64,000 nt of DNA from a virus: IMG/VR virus record IMGVR_UViG_3300009073_000018. The stretch is one strand, 5' to 3'. This document shows positions 20,735 through 34,000 of the stretch, in pieces; the first letter of the stretch is position 1; each line of letters starts with the position of its first letter. The position numbers were made by a program, and so were the translations under genes. The notes under the pieces were generated by a model that saw only the letters and a list, made by a program, of their open reading frames with translations, ran no database searches and was not told where the DNA came from.

Positions 20735-22066
20735 ATGCCAGTAGAATTTGTAAAACCAACATTATTAGGAACTACTACTCAAAGTAGAATCAATCCACAA
20801 GGACCAGACCCAAGAGGTCTCCAGTCTATACAACAACTGCCTTCTATTATACAAAGAGCACAAGGTATGCAATTGCAAGCTGATAGATTAGCTTTAGCTA
20901 AAGATCAGTTTATGTTACAACAAACTAATGCAGCTTTGTTAAATAAAGCTAGACAAAATGAGCAACAATTCAATTTGTTAAAATATCAAATGACTCAACA
21001 AAAAACAGCATTAGATTATGGTGTAATGCCTAAAGATCAAGAAGCTTATAATGCAGCTATGACTAAAATACAACAAGAGTATGATAACTCAGATCATAGT
21101 ATAGATGCTACATCTAAATTTTCTTCTGATTCACAAAAAGTTATATTAAAATATGCAGATAGTCATAGAAACTTTACTCAGTTACAACAAAACATGAATG
21201 ACTGGGATAAAATGAGTGTTGCTAACAAAGTAACTTATGATTATAATTCATTTCAAAATGATATGAATACTGGAGTAGTAAAAGATTTAAGTGCTTATAC
21301 TGACACTGGTTTATTAGATAGTCAAAGACAAGCAACTAAAGATGCTCTAAATAGTAAAATAGAATCAGATAAATTAAAGTTAGAAACTTCTCAAATAGAA
21401 TTAGATTCTTTAAAGAGAAGTAACGATATACAAAAAGAAATGTATGATAGTACTGTAGGAACTATTACAGATGACATGACTGCTGAACAAAAACTAGAAA
21501 TATATAAAGAATACACTAATAATTTAAGTAGTGTTACAGCTAAACCTACTGAAAGAGGAGAAAGAATAAGATACTTAATGGATAATGAAGGTATGAGTAT
21601 GAGTGAAGCTATTATAGCAGAAAAGGGTCATAAGCCATTTAAGAAAAATAGTAATACAGGATCTGACTCTAATGATTTAGATGGATTAGGTCTAAACGAT
21701 AATACTAAACAAGATAAGAATGGTAAAACTACTCACATTAAATTCCCTGATGGTACATATGATACTGTATCTAAACAAATAAATAAATTACCAAAAGGTG
21801 CTGTAGAATTAGAAATAAATGGAAGAAGATACATAAAAGTTAATCATAGTTTAAGTTCAGGAGATAGAAAAAAATTAGTGAACGTAGGATTAATACCACC
21901 TAATTCAGGATTTGGTTTTATAACAGATGAAGTAGATAATGCACCTGGAGTAATCAAAGCTTCAGATGGTAAATTACTTATACCACTATTTAAAGATAAG
22001 TCATCAGAAAAAACATTACCAAGTACTGAAGGAGTAACACCAGGAACTGGTGAAAAATTATATTAA
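20735..22066 (+). CDS. Putative cargo/ejection protein
   Basis: 443 aa, Gln-rich and helical; immediately upstream of the virion RNAP. Confidence 0.55.
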   Translation: MPVEFVKPTLLGTTTQSRINPQGPDPRGLQSIQQLPSIIQRAQGMQLQADRLALAKDQFMLQQTNAALLNKARQNEQQFNLLKYQMTQQKTALDYGVMPKDQEAYNAAMTKIQQEYDNSDHSIDATSKFSSDSQKVILKYADSHRNFTQLQQNMNDWDKMSVANKVTYDYNSFQNDMNTGVVKDLSAYTDTGLLDSQRQATKDALNSKIESDKLKLETSQIELDSLKRSNDIQKEMYDSTVGTITDDMTAEQKLEIYKEYTNNLSSVTAKPTERGERIRYLMDNEGMSMSEAIIAEKGHKPFKKNSNTGSDSNDLDGLGLNDNTKQDKNGKTTHIKFPDGTYDTVSKQINKLPKGAVELEINGRRYIKVNHSLSSGDRKKLVNVGLIPPNSGFGFITDEVDNAPGVIKASDGKLLIPLFKDKSSEKTLPSTEGVTPGTGEKLY

Positions 22067-22081
22067 AATTAATAGTAATAA

Positions 22082-25000
22082 ATGAACGAGGAATTAGAAA
22101 GATTACATAGTAACTTATTAGATAAAGGTTACGATCTTCCAGATATAAATCAATTTTATATTGACATGGGAGACCCTTCTAAAAGGCAAAAACTTCATTC
22201 AAATTTAGTAGGAAAAGGTTATAATCTACCTGACTTTAATACTTTTTCTATTGATATGGGAGTGCAAACTGAAGCAGAAAAAAAAGAAAATGGATTTATA
22301 GAAAACTTAAAGTTAAAAACTAAAGATAATAATAAAAAAACAATTTCAGCTAAACAATCTGCAAATTTAACTAGTGTAGGAGAAAAAATATTTGGAGTAG
22401 ATCTTTATAGTAAAACTAATGAAAGATTTAATCAAGGTACTAAAATGCTATCTATATTAGGTAGTGCAGGAGTAGATGCAATAGGAGGAGTACTAGGCGC
22501 AACATACGGAGTTGCACAAGAAGGTTTAGAAAAAGTAGGACTAAAAGAAGAAGATAATGTAAATAACATATTTAGTAATAATGTTCATACTATAAGTGAT
22601 TACTTGAAATCTTTAATGACTAATAAGATAAAAACTACTTATAAGCCTCCAGAAAAACAATATAATGAAGACGGAGAAATATTAGAAGATGGAATAGAAA
22701 AAGGGCTAAGAAACCTAAAAGATAAAGCTTTAAATGATCCTGCTTTTTGGTATAATGATGGAGCAGATGGTTTATCTTCTTTACTTTCATTTATAGGCAT
22801 AGGTGGAGTAGCAGGAAAAGGTGATAAGATAGCAAAATTAGGTACAAGACTTTTAGGTAAAGCAGATGATGGGGCTGAAGTAGTTGGGAAAGTAGCTAGA
22901 ATGAAAAACTACGCTAGAAGTTTAGGTGATGGAGTAGTGGGTGCATCAGCAGCAGTTGCCTTTGAAGGAGTGTTAGAAGGTAAAGGTATATATGAAGAAG
23001 TGTATGAAGCTAATATAGCTAAAGGAATAGATCCTGAAGTAGCTAAGTTTAAAGCTAGTACAGCAGCTGCAGAGACATTTAAAGCTAATGCTATGCTATT
23101 AGGAGTCCCTGGACTTATACAGTTAAATAATATGTTTAAGTCTATAAATACAAAAGGAGTTATTAGGGGAGCATTAAAATTAGGAGCTAAAACAATAGTG
23201 GGCGCAGCTACAGAAGGTTTTCAAGAAAGTACTCAAACTGCTATAGGTCTTTATGAAAAATCTAAATATATAGATGGAGAGTATGCAGAAGATGGTGTTA
23301 ATGATGTAGGTTATGGTAATATATTAAAAGAATATGTTGAAGCTGTACAAACAGGTAACAGTGAAATATATGAAAGTTTCTTTTTAGGAAATGTATTAGG
23401 TGGTGGTACAGCTGGAGTTGTCAACGCAGCTAACTATGCTAAAGATTTATTTGTACAAGATAAAGATGGTGGTATATTAACAGATGATACAGGTAAACCT
23501 ATAATGAATCAAGAAGCTGTAAAACAACATTTAAATTATATAAGTACTATTACTGATCAAAAAGCTCTTATAGATCAAGCAAACAAAGATAAAGATCCTG
23601 AACTATTTAATGTAGCTAAAAGAGAAATAATTAGATCTGCAATAGAGAAGCATTTTATACATGAAGAAGGTAATAAAATTGAAGATGTAAAAGAACGTAC
23701 TAGGGCGTTAATAGAAGAGAAGCTAGGTAACAGTGAGGACATGACTGAAGAAGAAAGAGAAGATGCTATAGAAGAGTATTTAGGAGAAGTTGATAACATG
23801 TATAATTTGTATGAAGAAGTTGCTTTAGTAGCTGATAAAAATGGCATGGATGCTAAACAGACTGCTATGCTATTAGATTTTAGATCTAAAGAAGACTGGG
23901 CAGAAAAAACTATAAACAGATATAAAGGAGCTTTAGAAGCAACTCAAAGTAAAAATAGTGTACTAGATAAAAGAAAGAAAAATGATATCATGAAGTCTCT
24001 AGTAATGCTAGAGGAATATCAAACTGAAAATAAAAAAGCTTTATCTAAGTTATTATCTGTAAAACCTAAAGACCCTAAAGAAGAAGCAATAAAAGAAGAG
24101 AAGCCACCTAAAGAAAAGATAGAAGAAGGTAATGGTGATGTACCTACTTCAGTTGCTAGTGAATTAGATAAGCAGACTATAGAAAAAATTAACTATACTA
24201 GTTTTGTAAACAATGAACATATAGAACAGTTCAAATTAGAAAACGGTATAGTAGATAATCCTACATTAGAGAACGCACTAAGAAGAAAATTAAATAATCA
24301 ATTTCTAAAAGAAGAGGCAATAAACTTAGGAGAAATGGATCCTAACGTAAGGTATGCTGATGCCCCTTTGTTAAAAGAAGTTGAAGAGAACAAAATAGAT
24401 GCTAAGTTTAGAGAGTTAGTAGGAGATACAGCTGAAGCTCTATTGAATCAACCTTTTGAAACTAAATTTGAAGAAAGAAATTATCAAAGAATAGCTTTAG
24501 AGTACTATGAAAGTAGAATACCTGCTGCTAAAGAAAAACCAGTTGATGAAAAGAAAGTTGATAAAGATAGAGTAGACAATAAAAAAGCAGTAAAATCTAT
24601 TAATACAGGTAAAGTAAATAAACTAGAAGTAGGTCAAAAGTTTCATTATATAAATGATAAGAATAAAAGAGAGACAATATTTCAAATAGATAGTATAGTA
24701 GACGGAGAAGTAACTGCTACAAATTCTAAAGGAGATAGTTATTCTTTTAGTGAAAAAGGATTTACAGATAGAATAAATCAAAATGGACCAGTTTCTTTTA
24801 TTCCTTACATGAAACCAACTGCTCATGGTCCTTTTAAAACTTATGTGCATACTATATCTAAAGACTCAAGAGATGATTTAAAAGATGAAATACATGAGTA
24901 TTTTATAGAGGGCAGCAACTATGTAAATTCTGGTCAGTTAAAAGCTGATGACGTAGTACAATTAGAAGTAAATAAATCCCACCCCTATGGAGATCCATTA

Positions 25001-28000
25001 CGTAACAGTAATGAGATGATAGTAGATGTAGTAGTATATCATGACAATAAAAGAAAAGTAGTAGGACTACTTCCTGATTTAAATAAAGTAGCAAACAATA
25101 AAGAATTTAATAAGTTAAGAAAGACTAGAGAAGCTATATTTAAACAAGCAACAGAGTCTTCTTCTACCCTTGTGAAGTCTCCTTATACATTAAAAGTAAA
25201 AGATGTATTAGGTAGCTATTCAAAAACACACAATAATCCAGAAGGTATAACTAGAGCTAATAGTAGACCTATAAAAGAAGTAAAAGGATTAAAGAATGGA
25301 GATGTAAAATTAAGTTTAATAGTAGGTAAAGGTAAAAACAAAAAAGCAATACTTTCTCATAAACTTGATGCTGAAGTTAGAGGTAAGGGACCTAAGCATA
25401 TGAACACTGGGTTTAATCATTTGTTAATGAAAGATCCAGGAGGTAAATATATACCTATAAGACTGTATACTCCTTTTATAAAAGAAGAACCTGAATTACA
25501 AAATAAAATAATAAATTCTTTAAAGAAAGGAGATTTAAGAGAAGTAAATAACTATGTAGATTTATCTGATGTAATAGATAACATAGAGACTAAAGGAAAA
25601 ACAATATCTGTATTTTTAAAAGATAAACTAATAGCTAGAGGAAATGTAAAAGAAGTTTATGAATCATTAGGTATAGATGATAAAATAGTTCAAGTAAAAC
25701 AAGACTTTCATAAAAATGAAACAGGGCTAAATCACATAAAGAAATATGTACGTACAGATCTTGGAGATAAAAATAAAGTAACTGATTCTTTTTTTAGAGC
25801 AAGTTACTTTGCAATAGATGACATAGTTAAAGACAGAAAAGAAAAAGAAGTTGTAGATCCTACTGAAGTAGAGCAAGAAGAAGAGTTTAGTGAATTTGTT
25901 AGTCCAGATAAAGAACAAGAAGAAGATTTAAGTGATGTAGATTTTGATTATCACATAACTGATAACCCAGACTTTGTTCCAGAAAATGATAAACAATGGT
26001 TTAAATGGTTTAGAGAAAGGTTCCCTGAAATAGGATATAAAGTAAGTGATGAAGATATTAAAAAATTATATGATATATATAATCTAGGTGGTGCTAGTAT
26101 ATATGGTGTATTTAAAGGGGCTTCAGTACTACTAGCTTCAAAGAGACCAGAAGGTACTACTAGAGAAGAAGCATTTCATGTTGCATTCAATCTATTCTTT
26201 AATAATAATCAAAAAAAGAAATTCTATCTAGAAGCATTACAAAGATATCCTAAGACATTAAAGTATACTAAACAACAAGTATTAGATGCTATAAATAATC
26301 CTCAGACTAGCAACTCTAAAGGAGATGGAACAACTCCTAAAGATAGTATAGAATTTGCTAAACAAAGAGGTAAGATACTTCAAGCTATAGAAGAAACAAT
26401 AGCTAAAGAATTTAGAGAGCTACAAGCTCAAGATGGTACTCCCCAAAATGTAATTCAAAAGTTATTAAAAAAGCTTTATGATTTTATATTAGATGGAGTA
26501 GGAGTAGTAAGAAGTTACTTACATGATCCAAACATTGATCAATTATTTAGAAATATAGATAGAAATACTTTAGGAAAAAATTTATTAGGTAAAAGAAAAA
26601 AAACTACACAGGAACTATTCTCAAGAAATGTTAGTAAGCTAATATCTCCTAGATTTTCTTTAAGTTCTATGACTCCTTTTCAGGAAAGAAGAGCAATCTC
26701 TCTTCTTAATAGGGATTTTTTGCCTCAAATTTTAGAAGCCAATAAGATTGAATCTTTAGAGGAACACTTCAAGCATAGTAAAAATATAAACCAAGGACTT
26801 TCACGTTTATATGGGGCTATAGTGGGTAATGAAAAAAAGAAAGGATTATTAGAAATTAGATTAGAAGGTTTGAAAAAACTAGCTGCTAAAGATGAAAGAT
26901 ATCAAGCTTCAGTAGATAGAGTAGAAAATATAAAAAAACTATTAAGAAAAGGACTTCCTGTATTATCTAAAATGGGAAGAGGTGAATTTTTAGACTCTTC
27001 TTCTTATAATACAGAGGAAATTAGATTTTTACAAGATCTTATATTAGATTTAAGACATTCTCATGGAGTAAACATATCTGCTACTGCTTCTAACGATGTA
27101 AAGTCTATAGAAGATTCTCTTGAAATAGGAGAAGGAGAACTTAATGAACTGTGGCAAGTTAATTATATAAAGAGTAATCCACATGAAGCTGTATCTGGTA
27201 GATTAAAAAATCTATTAGGAAAAATACCTGTACTGGTTACTAAAATGAAAAAAGTAGATGGAAAATTAAAAAAAGTAAAAGTACCTAAAAAAGATGGAAT
27301 AGGAGGAATTGTGTATGAAGATTCTACTGTTGTATTTAATAAGTTAATAAATGGTTTATCGGGATCTAGAGATCTGAATGACATGAGTGATAGATTAGAT
27401 GCATTAGCTGTTCATGAAAACTTTGCAACACAATTAGTAGACATATTAAATGATAAAGACAATGACAATTTAAATAGAGAATTTTATACAAGATTTGGAG
27501 GAATGGTTACTGCTAATTTCATGAACATGAAGTTTGAAAATGGTAAGCTTCAAATATTCAATAGTAATAGGCAGGGATTAGTTAACTCAATGATAGATAG
27601 TTTTAGAAATAACTTAGAAGCTTTATTTTTTGATAATACTTCTTTTGATATTGATCAAAAGCAGATAAATGCTATTGGTAAAGTAATAGAAAGAATAGAA
27701 GAACGTAAAAGTGTATTTCCTTTAACTAAAAATATAGTAAATGTTTTTACTGCTTTTGGTATCAGCGTAACTCCTAAGATAATACATAACTTAGAAGATG
27801 GTATAAAAGTAAATGGTAAAGTAATACATGGAGGAGAAGGAAAGGCTGTTATATCTGCTCTAGAGGACTTACAAGTTATTCTAGATAGAGTTAATAAAGG
27901 TTTAACTGTATTTGGACCAGAAGCATCTGCAGATACTGCTAGTAGATTAAAAAATATATTTAGTATATTATCTAAAGCAGATAATAGTTTAGGTTTATTA

Positions 28001-31000
28001 AATTTCTTAAACATAAAAGGAGAAAAAGTATATAACAATATACAATCAAACTATCTATGGAGAAAAGTAAGTGATTTATTAAGAGATAGAGGTAATTCAG
28101 TTGAGAATGTAAAACATTTATATTTTGATGCCACTGCTCCTATATATAAATGGATAGATAATACATCATACAATATAGAATTAAAGTTATTAGATGGATA
28201 TAAAGTTAATAATATAGGTATTCAATATACAGACTTTTCTGATGCATTATCTAATGTAGTAAATATAAATGCTTTTATAGAAAGTATAAGTGATAACACT
28301 TCTTTTTATAGAATGCCTACTTTAGCAGATGCATCCGTATCTTATTTTATGAGGCTACCTGTATTTAAGATAAAAGAAGAGTTAGGTGTATCTAATTACT
28401 ATGAAGAAATATTTGCTGTAGCAATGCAGGAATATAATAGAATAACTAAATCAACACAAGATACTGGAATAAAAAACTTTGAAGAAAACAAAAATAAGTT
28501 TCATTTCTTTCCTACATTAACTATAAAAGATTTTGGAGATTTAGATGCAAATGGTAAAATATCTGAAGCTAATAAGACTAACGTACAAAATAAAATAGAA
28601 GAGTATTTAGAAAAAGAATTTAATAACTTTGCTAGGTCACTAGCTAATCAAAATGTTATATTAAAAAATAAAGAAAAAAATATATATGTAAGAAGTGAAG
28701 ACTTAGTAAAGAATGCAAATGGAATAAAAATAGGTAAAGAAATATACTCAGAATCGTTTAAAGATTCCTTAAGATTATATCACCATAATCAGTTTCTAAT
28801 GAACACTCAGATGTTAACTATATCATCTGGAGATCCTGCTATGTATAAGAGAGACATACAAAAAAAACAAATAAGCCCTAAAAAAGATAAGAATGGTAAG
28901 AAGATACCAGACAATAGAAGAGATGTAACAGAGGCTGATTATGAAGCTGCTTTAACTTCTTTGGATTATCAGAAGAGACATAAACAAGTACATTCTCCTG
29001 GTTTAACATATGCATTTACTAAACCTAATTACAGTACTGTATATTTAAATACTATAGAAAAATCTAGTGTTGGTTTGATAGCAGGTCAAGAAAAAAATGA
29101 AGATACTCCTATATATAAATACTTAACAGACATAGGTTTTGATCATGATTTAGCTACTACAATAACAAAAAGTTATAGAAAAAATGACACTACTGATGGA
29201 CAAGCTTATCATACTATAGATAGAAGAAGAGACATAGAGATAGCTGCTGGTAGATGGCCTAAGAATGGTATTAAAGAGAAAGCATATAAGAAAGTAAAAG
29301 CAGGAGAACAGCTTACAGGACAAGAAGCTTTAATATTTTTAACACCTATAAAGCCTCAAGTATATGATCAAATAGAAGTATCAGATAGTAATAAAAAAGG
29401 TTTAAAAATACCAGTACAACATAAGGACTCTGAAATTACATTAATACCTTCTTTAGCTGCTGCTGATAAAACTGGTAATCTACAAAAATTACTAGATGCA
29501 ATGAATAAAAATGATATAGATGTTGCTCTATTTGATTCTGCTGTAAAAGTAGGTGGATATAATATAATAGATTTTAATGATCTAGAAAACATACCTAAGA
29601 ATGCTATACATTCTATGTCTAATTCTGCTTGGAAAGAACAAGGTAAAGTTCCTCAACATTTATTAGATGCTAAAAATTTATTTGGTACACAAATAAGAAA
29701 ACATATTTTATCTAATTTAAAGCCAGAAGAAAAAGGACTATATGATAAGTTTCATAAAGCTTTCTCTGAAAACATAGAGGAAGATTTAAATGCACTACAT
29801 GTAGAGCTTAGTATGAATAGTACTAATAAGGGAAAAATGCTTGATGAATTAAGAGCTAGATTATTTAAAGAATTTGATGAAAGATCTTTACAAGATAAAT
29901 ATAAAAGTGCATTAGATATAGTAGGTACAGGTCCTTTAAAAGCTGATGTTGATTTTGCTATGCCTTTATGGCATCCACATATAGCAGGTAGAGTAGAGCC
30001 CATTATTAATTCATTCTTTAAAAAAGTTATTAAGCAAAAATTCAATGGCCCTTCTTTAATTAATGTTGCTCAACTTGGTTTTGATGACTTACAAATTAAA
30101 TTTAAAGAAAAAGATGGTAAGTTAAATTCAATAGAATATGTAGAAGTTGCTATGCCTAGATGGTTAGCTGATATGAATGACTTAAGTATTGGAGACATAG
30201 CTGACCCTAGCGTATTAGAAGGAGTAGTCTATAGAATACCTACTGAGGGTAAATACTCTATGTTCCCTATAAGAGTTAAGACTTTCTTACCTACTGAGTC
30301 TTCTGGTATAATAGTTATGCCTCCTGAAGTTACTACTATAGCAGGTCTGGATTTTGATATTGATAAGGTATTTGCTATGATGTATCATTTAAAAAAGAAT
30401 AAAAAAGGAGAACTAGTAAGAAATGATGGAAAAGATGTTGTAGATAAAGATGGTAATGTAGTTAAGATTGCACAGGATAGTAGAGAACGTAGAGATAATG
30501 ATATATTAGATGTAGTTAGAGATATATTAACCTCTCCTAATCATATGGAAGAGATGTTATATCCTGGTAGTTTTGAATACTTAAAAAAAATACATAAAAG
30601 ACTTGTAAATGAAAAGTTAATAAAAAAGAATAAAGGTAGTATGAATATAGCATCACCTGCTAGTCAGATTGCTTTTAGTAATGGTAACTTAATGGGTAAA
30701 AAACTTATTGGTATTGTTGCTAACAACTCTGCTTTTCATAGTTTAAATCAAGGTTTAGGTTTAACTACTAATGGTATAATGTATAATGGTGAATTATTAA
30801 ATAAAATAGGTTTACATAAAGAAGTAGGACCAGATACTAAAACTGTAGATGGTGTTAAACAAAATATACATAAAAAGAATGTGTCTAGAGCATTTCAAAT
30901 ACTTGCTGCTGCAACAGTGGATAACGCAAAAGACCCTATTCTTGCTGCTCTAAATATAAATGAACATACTATTAATGAATTGTCTTTTTTAATTCATCAT

Positions 31001-34000
31001 GGTGTATCTTTAATGTCTGCTATAAGATTTATAAATAAACCTATAGTAAAAAGCTATGTAAAATATGCAGATGCATATAAACTAAATAGTGATAAAGGAA
31101 GTGTAGAAGATTTCTATAGTAATCAAAAAGGATTCAAACCTTCTAAAGAAAAACCAGATATTGTAACGGCTAAATCAGATAAAGAAGTATTGCTTGCTTT
31201 AGTACAGATAAGTAAACAGGCTAGAGATTTAAACAAAGTAGTACAAGCAGTTAGATTTGATTCAGGAGGAAGTGGTCCTACTATGATAGAAATAGATCAT
31301 TTAATAACTACCCATATAGGTATATGGTCTAAGATAAAAGAGAAGACATTTAATGTACATGGAGTAGAAAAGATATTACCTAAAGTACATAAGGAGCTAG
31401 ATAAAACTACTAACACAACTGAATACAGTATAGAAAGTGAGTCAGAAGTATCAACTATAAATGATTTCTATAAAGTTATATTATCAGAAGTTAATTATGC
31501 TAGTAATTTCTTTCCGTATTTTAATGAGGGCTTTCAAAATATAAAGAAAGATTTATCTGAAGAATTGCTTAATGACCATGAGTTTTTTACAGCATCTCAG
31601 ATAAAGCATATAAACAATTTCATTATAAATTATAATGCACATACTCATTATCATGTCCCTTCTCAATACATATCTTTAGATAGTTTTTTAAAGAAGTTTC
31701 CTAAGGCATTCATAAAAGAATCAAAAGAGTTAATGTCTACTAGATATGCTCCTCTGCTTTCTATATTTAAAACTAAAAAGTCTAGAAATAGAGTAGTACT
31801 AACTACAAAAAGATCAACAGGACTGTCTCCTGATGCTTTAAATAATTTAGACGTACTGTTTGAAGATCTTCTGAGAAATAAAAAGTATGCTAAACTTGCA
31901 AATGATCTTATAGCTTATTCTTTTTTAACTACAGGATTTAACTTTACTAGAGATGGTTTTAGTGAGCTTATACCTGTGTCTTATTTTAAAGAAAGAAGAG
32001 AGATGTTAGATAGTATAAAAGAAAGTAATGATCTTTTAGGTAATAACACTGAGGAGCAAGAAAAGATAAAGGATATTATGATAAGAAACTTACATTCTGT
32101 GTTGGTTCCTTATATTAATAAAGCAGATATAAAACCTCAAATGGATGGTAAGTTAATTAGATCTTTTAAATTACCTAAAGGACATAAATATGATGAGTTA
32201 CCCCACTTAAATATAAAAGACGAGAGGACTGATGAAGTAGCTTTATATGCTAATAATGGGCATATTTTTGAAAGGATAGAAAGTTTTGGTATAGCTGGTC
32301 AAGTATTCCAATATAACATGTTAGGTGAGAAATTACCTGAGAATATATTAAAATTTACAAAATCTTTAAAGAAATTTGATAAAACAAAACCTAGAGACTT
32401 AGCTAAAGAAGTATTAGAAGCTTCAGGTCAGATTGTTGAGGACACAGAAGAAGTCTCTAATAATGAATTTGTAACAGGAGATTCTATAAAAGATGCTCCA
32501 CAAGATGATAGAAAAAATAAAGATGGTTTATTCTTAAGATTAAAAGATGGTAAAAATGATAAGAAAAACAATGAAAAATTAAAGAACTTTTTACAAGAAC
32601 TTCTTAATAGAAAAGGTATTGAGATAATGTCTGTAGATAAATGGTTAGAGAACTTTAAAGATAGACATTTAGATACATCAGAAAAAGATAGAATAGTAGC
32701 ACTAGCAGATACTCTTAATAAGACAATAGCATTTTCTAAAACAGATGAAAGAGGTAACCCTATAATAGATAGTGATACATTATCTGAAGAGACCGGTCAC
32801 CTTATAGAACAAATTATATTTGAAAATGATAAAGAACTGTGGACTCAGTTACTTAATAGTACAGATGAAACTGGTGGATCTTATATAGAAAATACTGCTA
32901 TATATATAGAGAATGCAGAAGCTTATAAAAAAGAATATGGTGATAATAATGTTAAACTAAAAAGAGAAATACTTGGTAAAATTATAGGAGAGCATATTCA
33001 AATCCAATATAAAAAAAATGAGTTAGGTAAAAAGAATAGATTTTTACAGCTACTATCTAAAGCTGTTGATTTGGTATTAAACATGTTTAAAACTAGTCCA
33101 TTAAAAGGTATACCTAAAGCTATCAATGAATTACTAGCTGGTGAAGTAAATGAATACTTTAATAGTGATGCTCTTACTAGTACTAGTGGTTTAGTATTAA
33201 GCAAGAAAGGTAAGAGAACAGATAGTATAACTGAAGTAGCTACTAATCTTGTTGATACTTTTGAAAGAAAAGAAAGAGCATTAAAAGCTAGAGAAGATAG
33301 AATTAAAGGTAATCTTAGACCTCTATATAATAGATTAGAAACCACATATGCAGGACAAAATATACTCGCTGAAATAAAACTAATTGAGGATAAAGCATTT
33401 AGAAGTGAAGAAGATATAAAAAGATTAAAAGATTTATATAACTTAATTACTTTAAGATCTGCTAGTAAAAAAGAACAAAAAGATATTAAAAGTCTAGTTA
33501 AATTAGCAGAGACTACTTTTAAATTAAAAGAAGATATAAAAAATAATAGAGAAGCTAGAGCTTTAGAAGATTTTTTATTAGGTATAAAAAAACTAAAACT
33601 AGGAGAAGAGGCTACTTCAAAAGTTAAAAGAGAAGGAGGTTTAAAGCAAGAAATAAAAACTACTTTAAAAGTAATAGAAAAATATAGAGAAAATGATAAT
33701 CAAGTTACTCTATATGAATATGAACAATTAAAAGAATTTATAGACTATAAAAAACCTGCTATTAAAGCTTTGATGCAATTAGTTAATGAAGGTCATGATT
33801 TTAAAGAGATGGAAAAACCTAACAAGTTTAAAAAATCAGTAAGCAAGGCTTTTAAAGATATGAAAGAAATAGAAACTTTTGTTGACTCTAGATTAGCTGA
33901 AATAATGAGACCTATATTAGTTAGAGCTAATACAAGGCCAGACGGTACTCTTATAAATCCTAATTTAAAAGCTGAAGATACATTAGAAAATATACTTAAT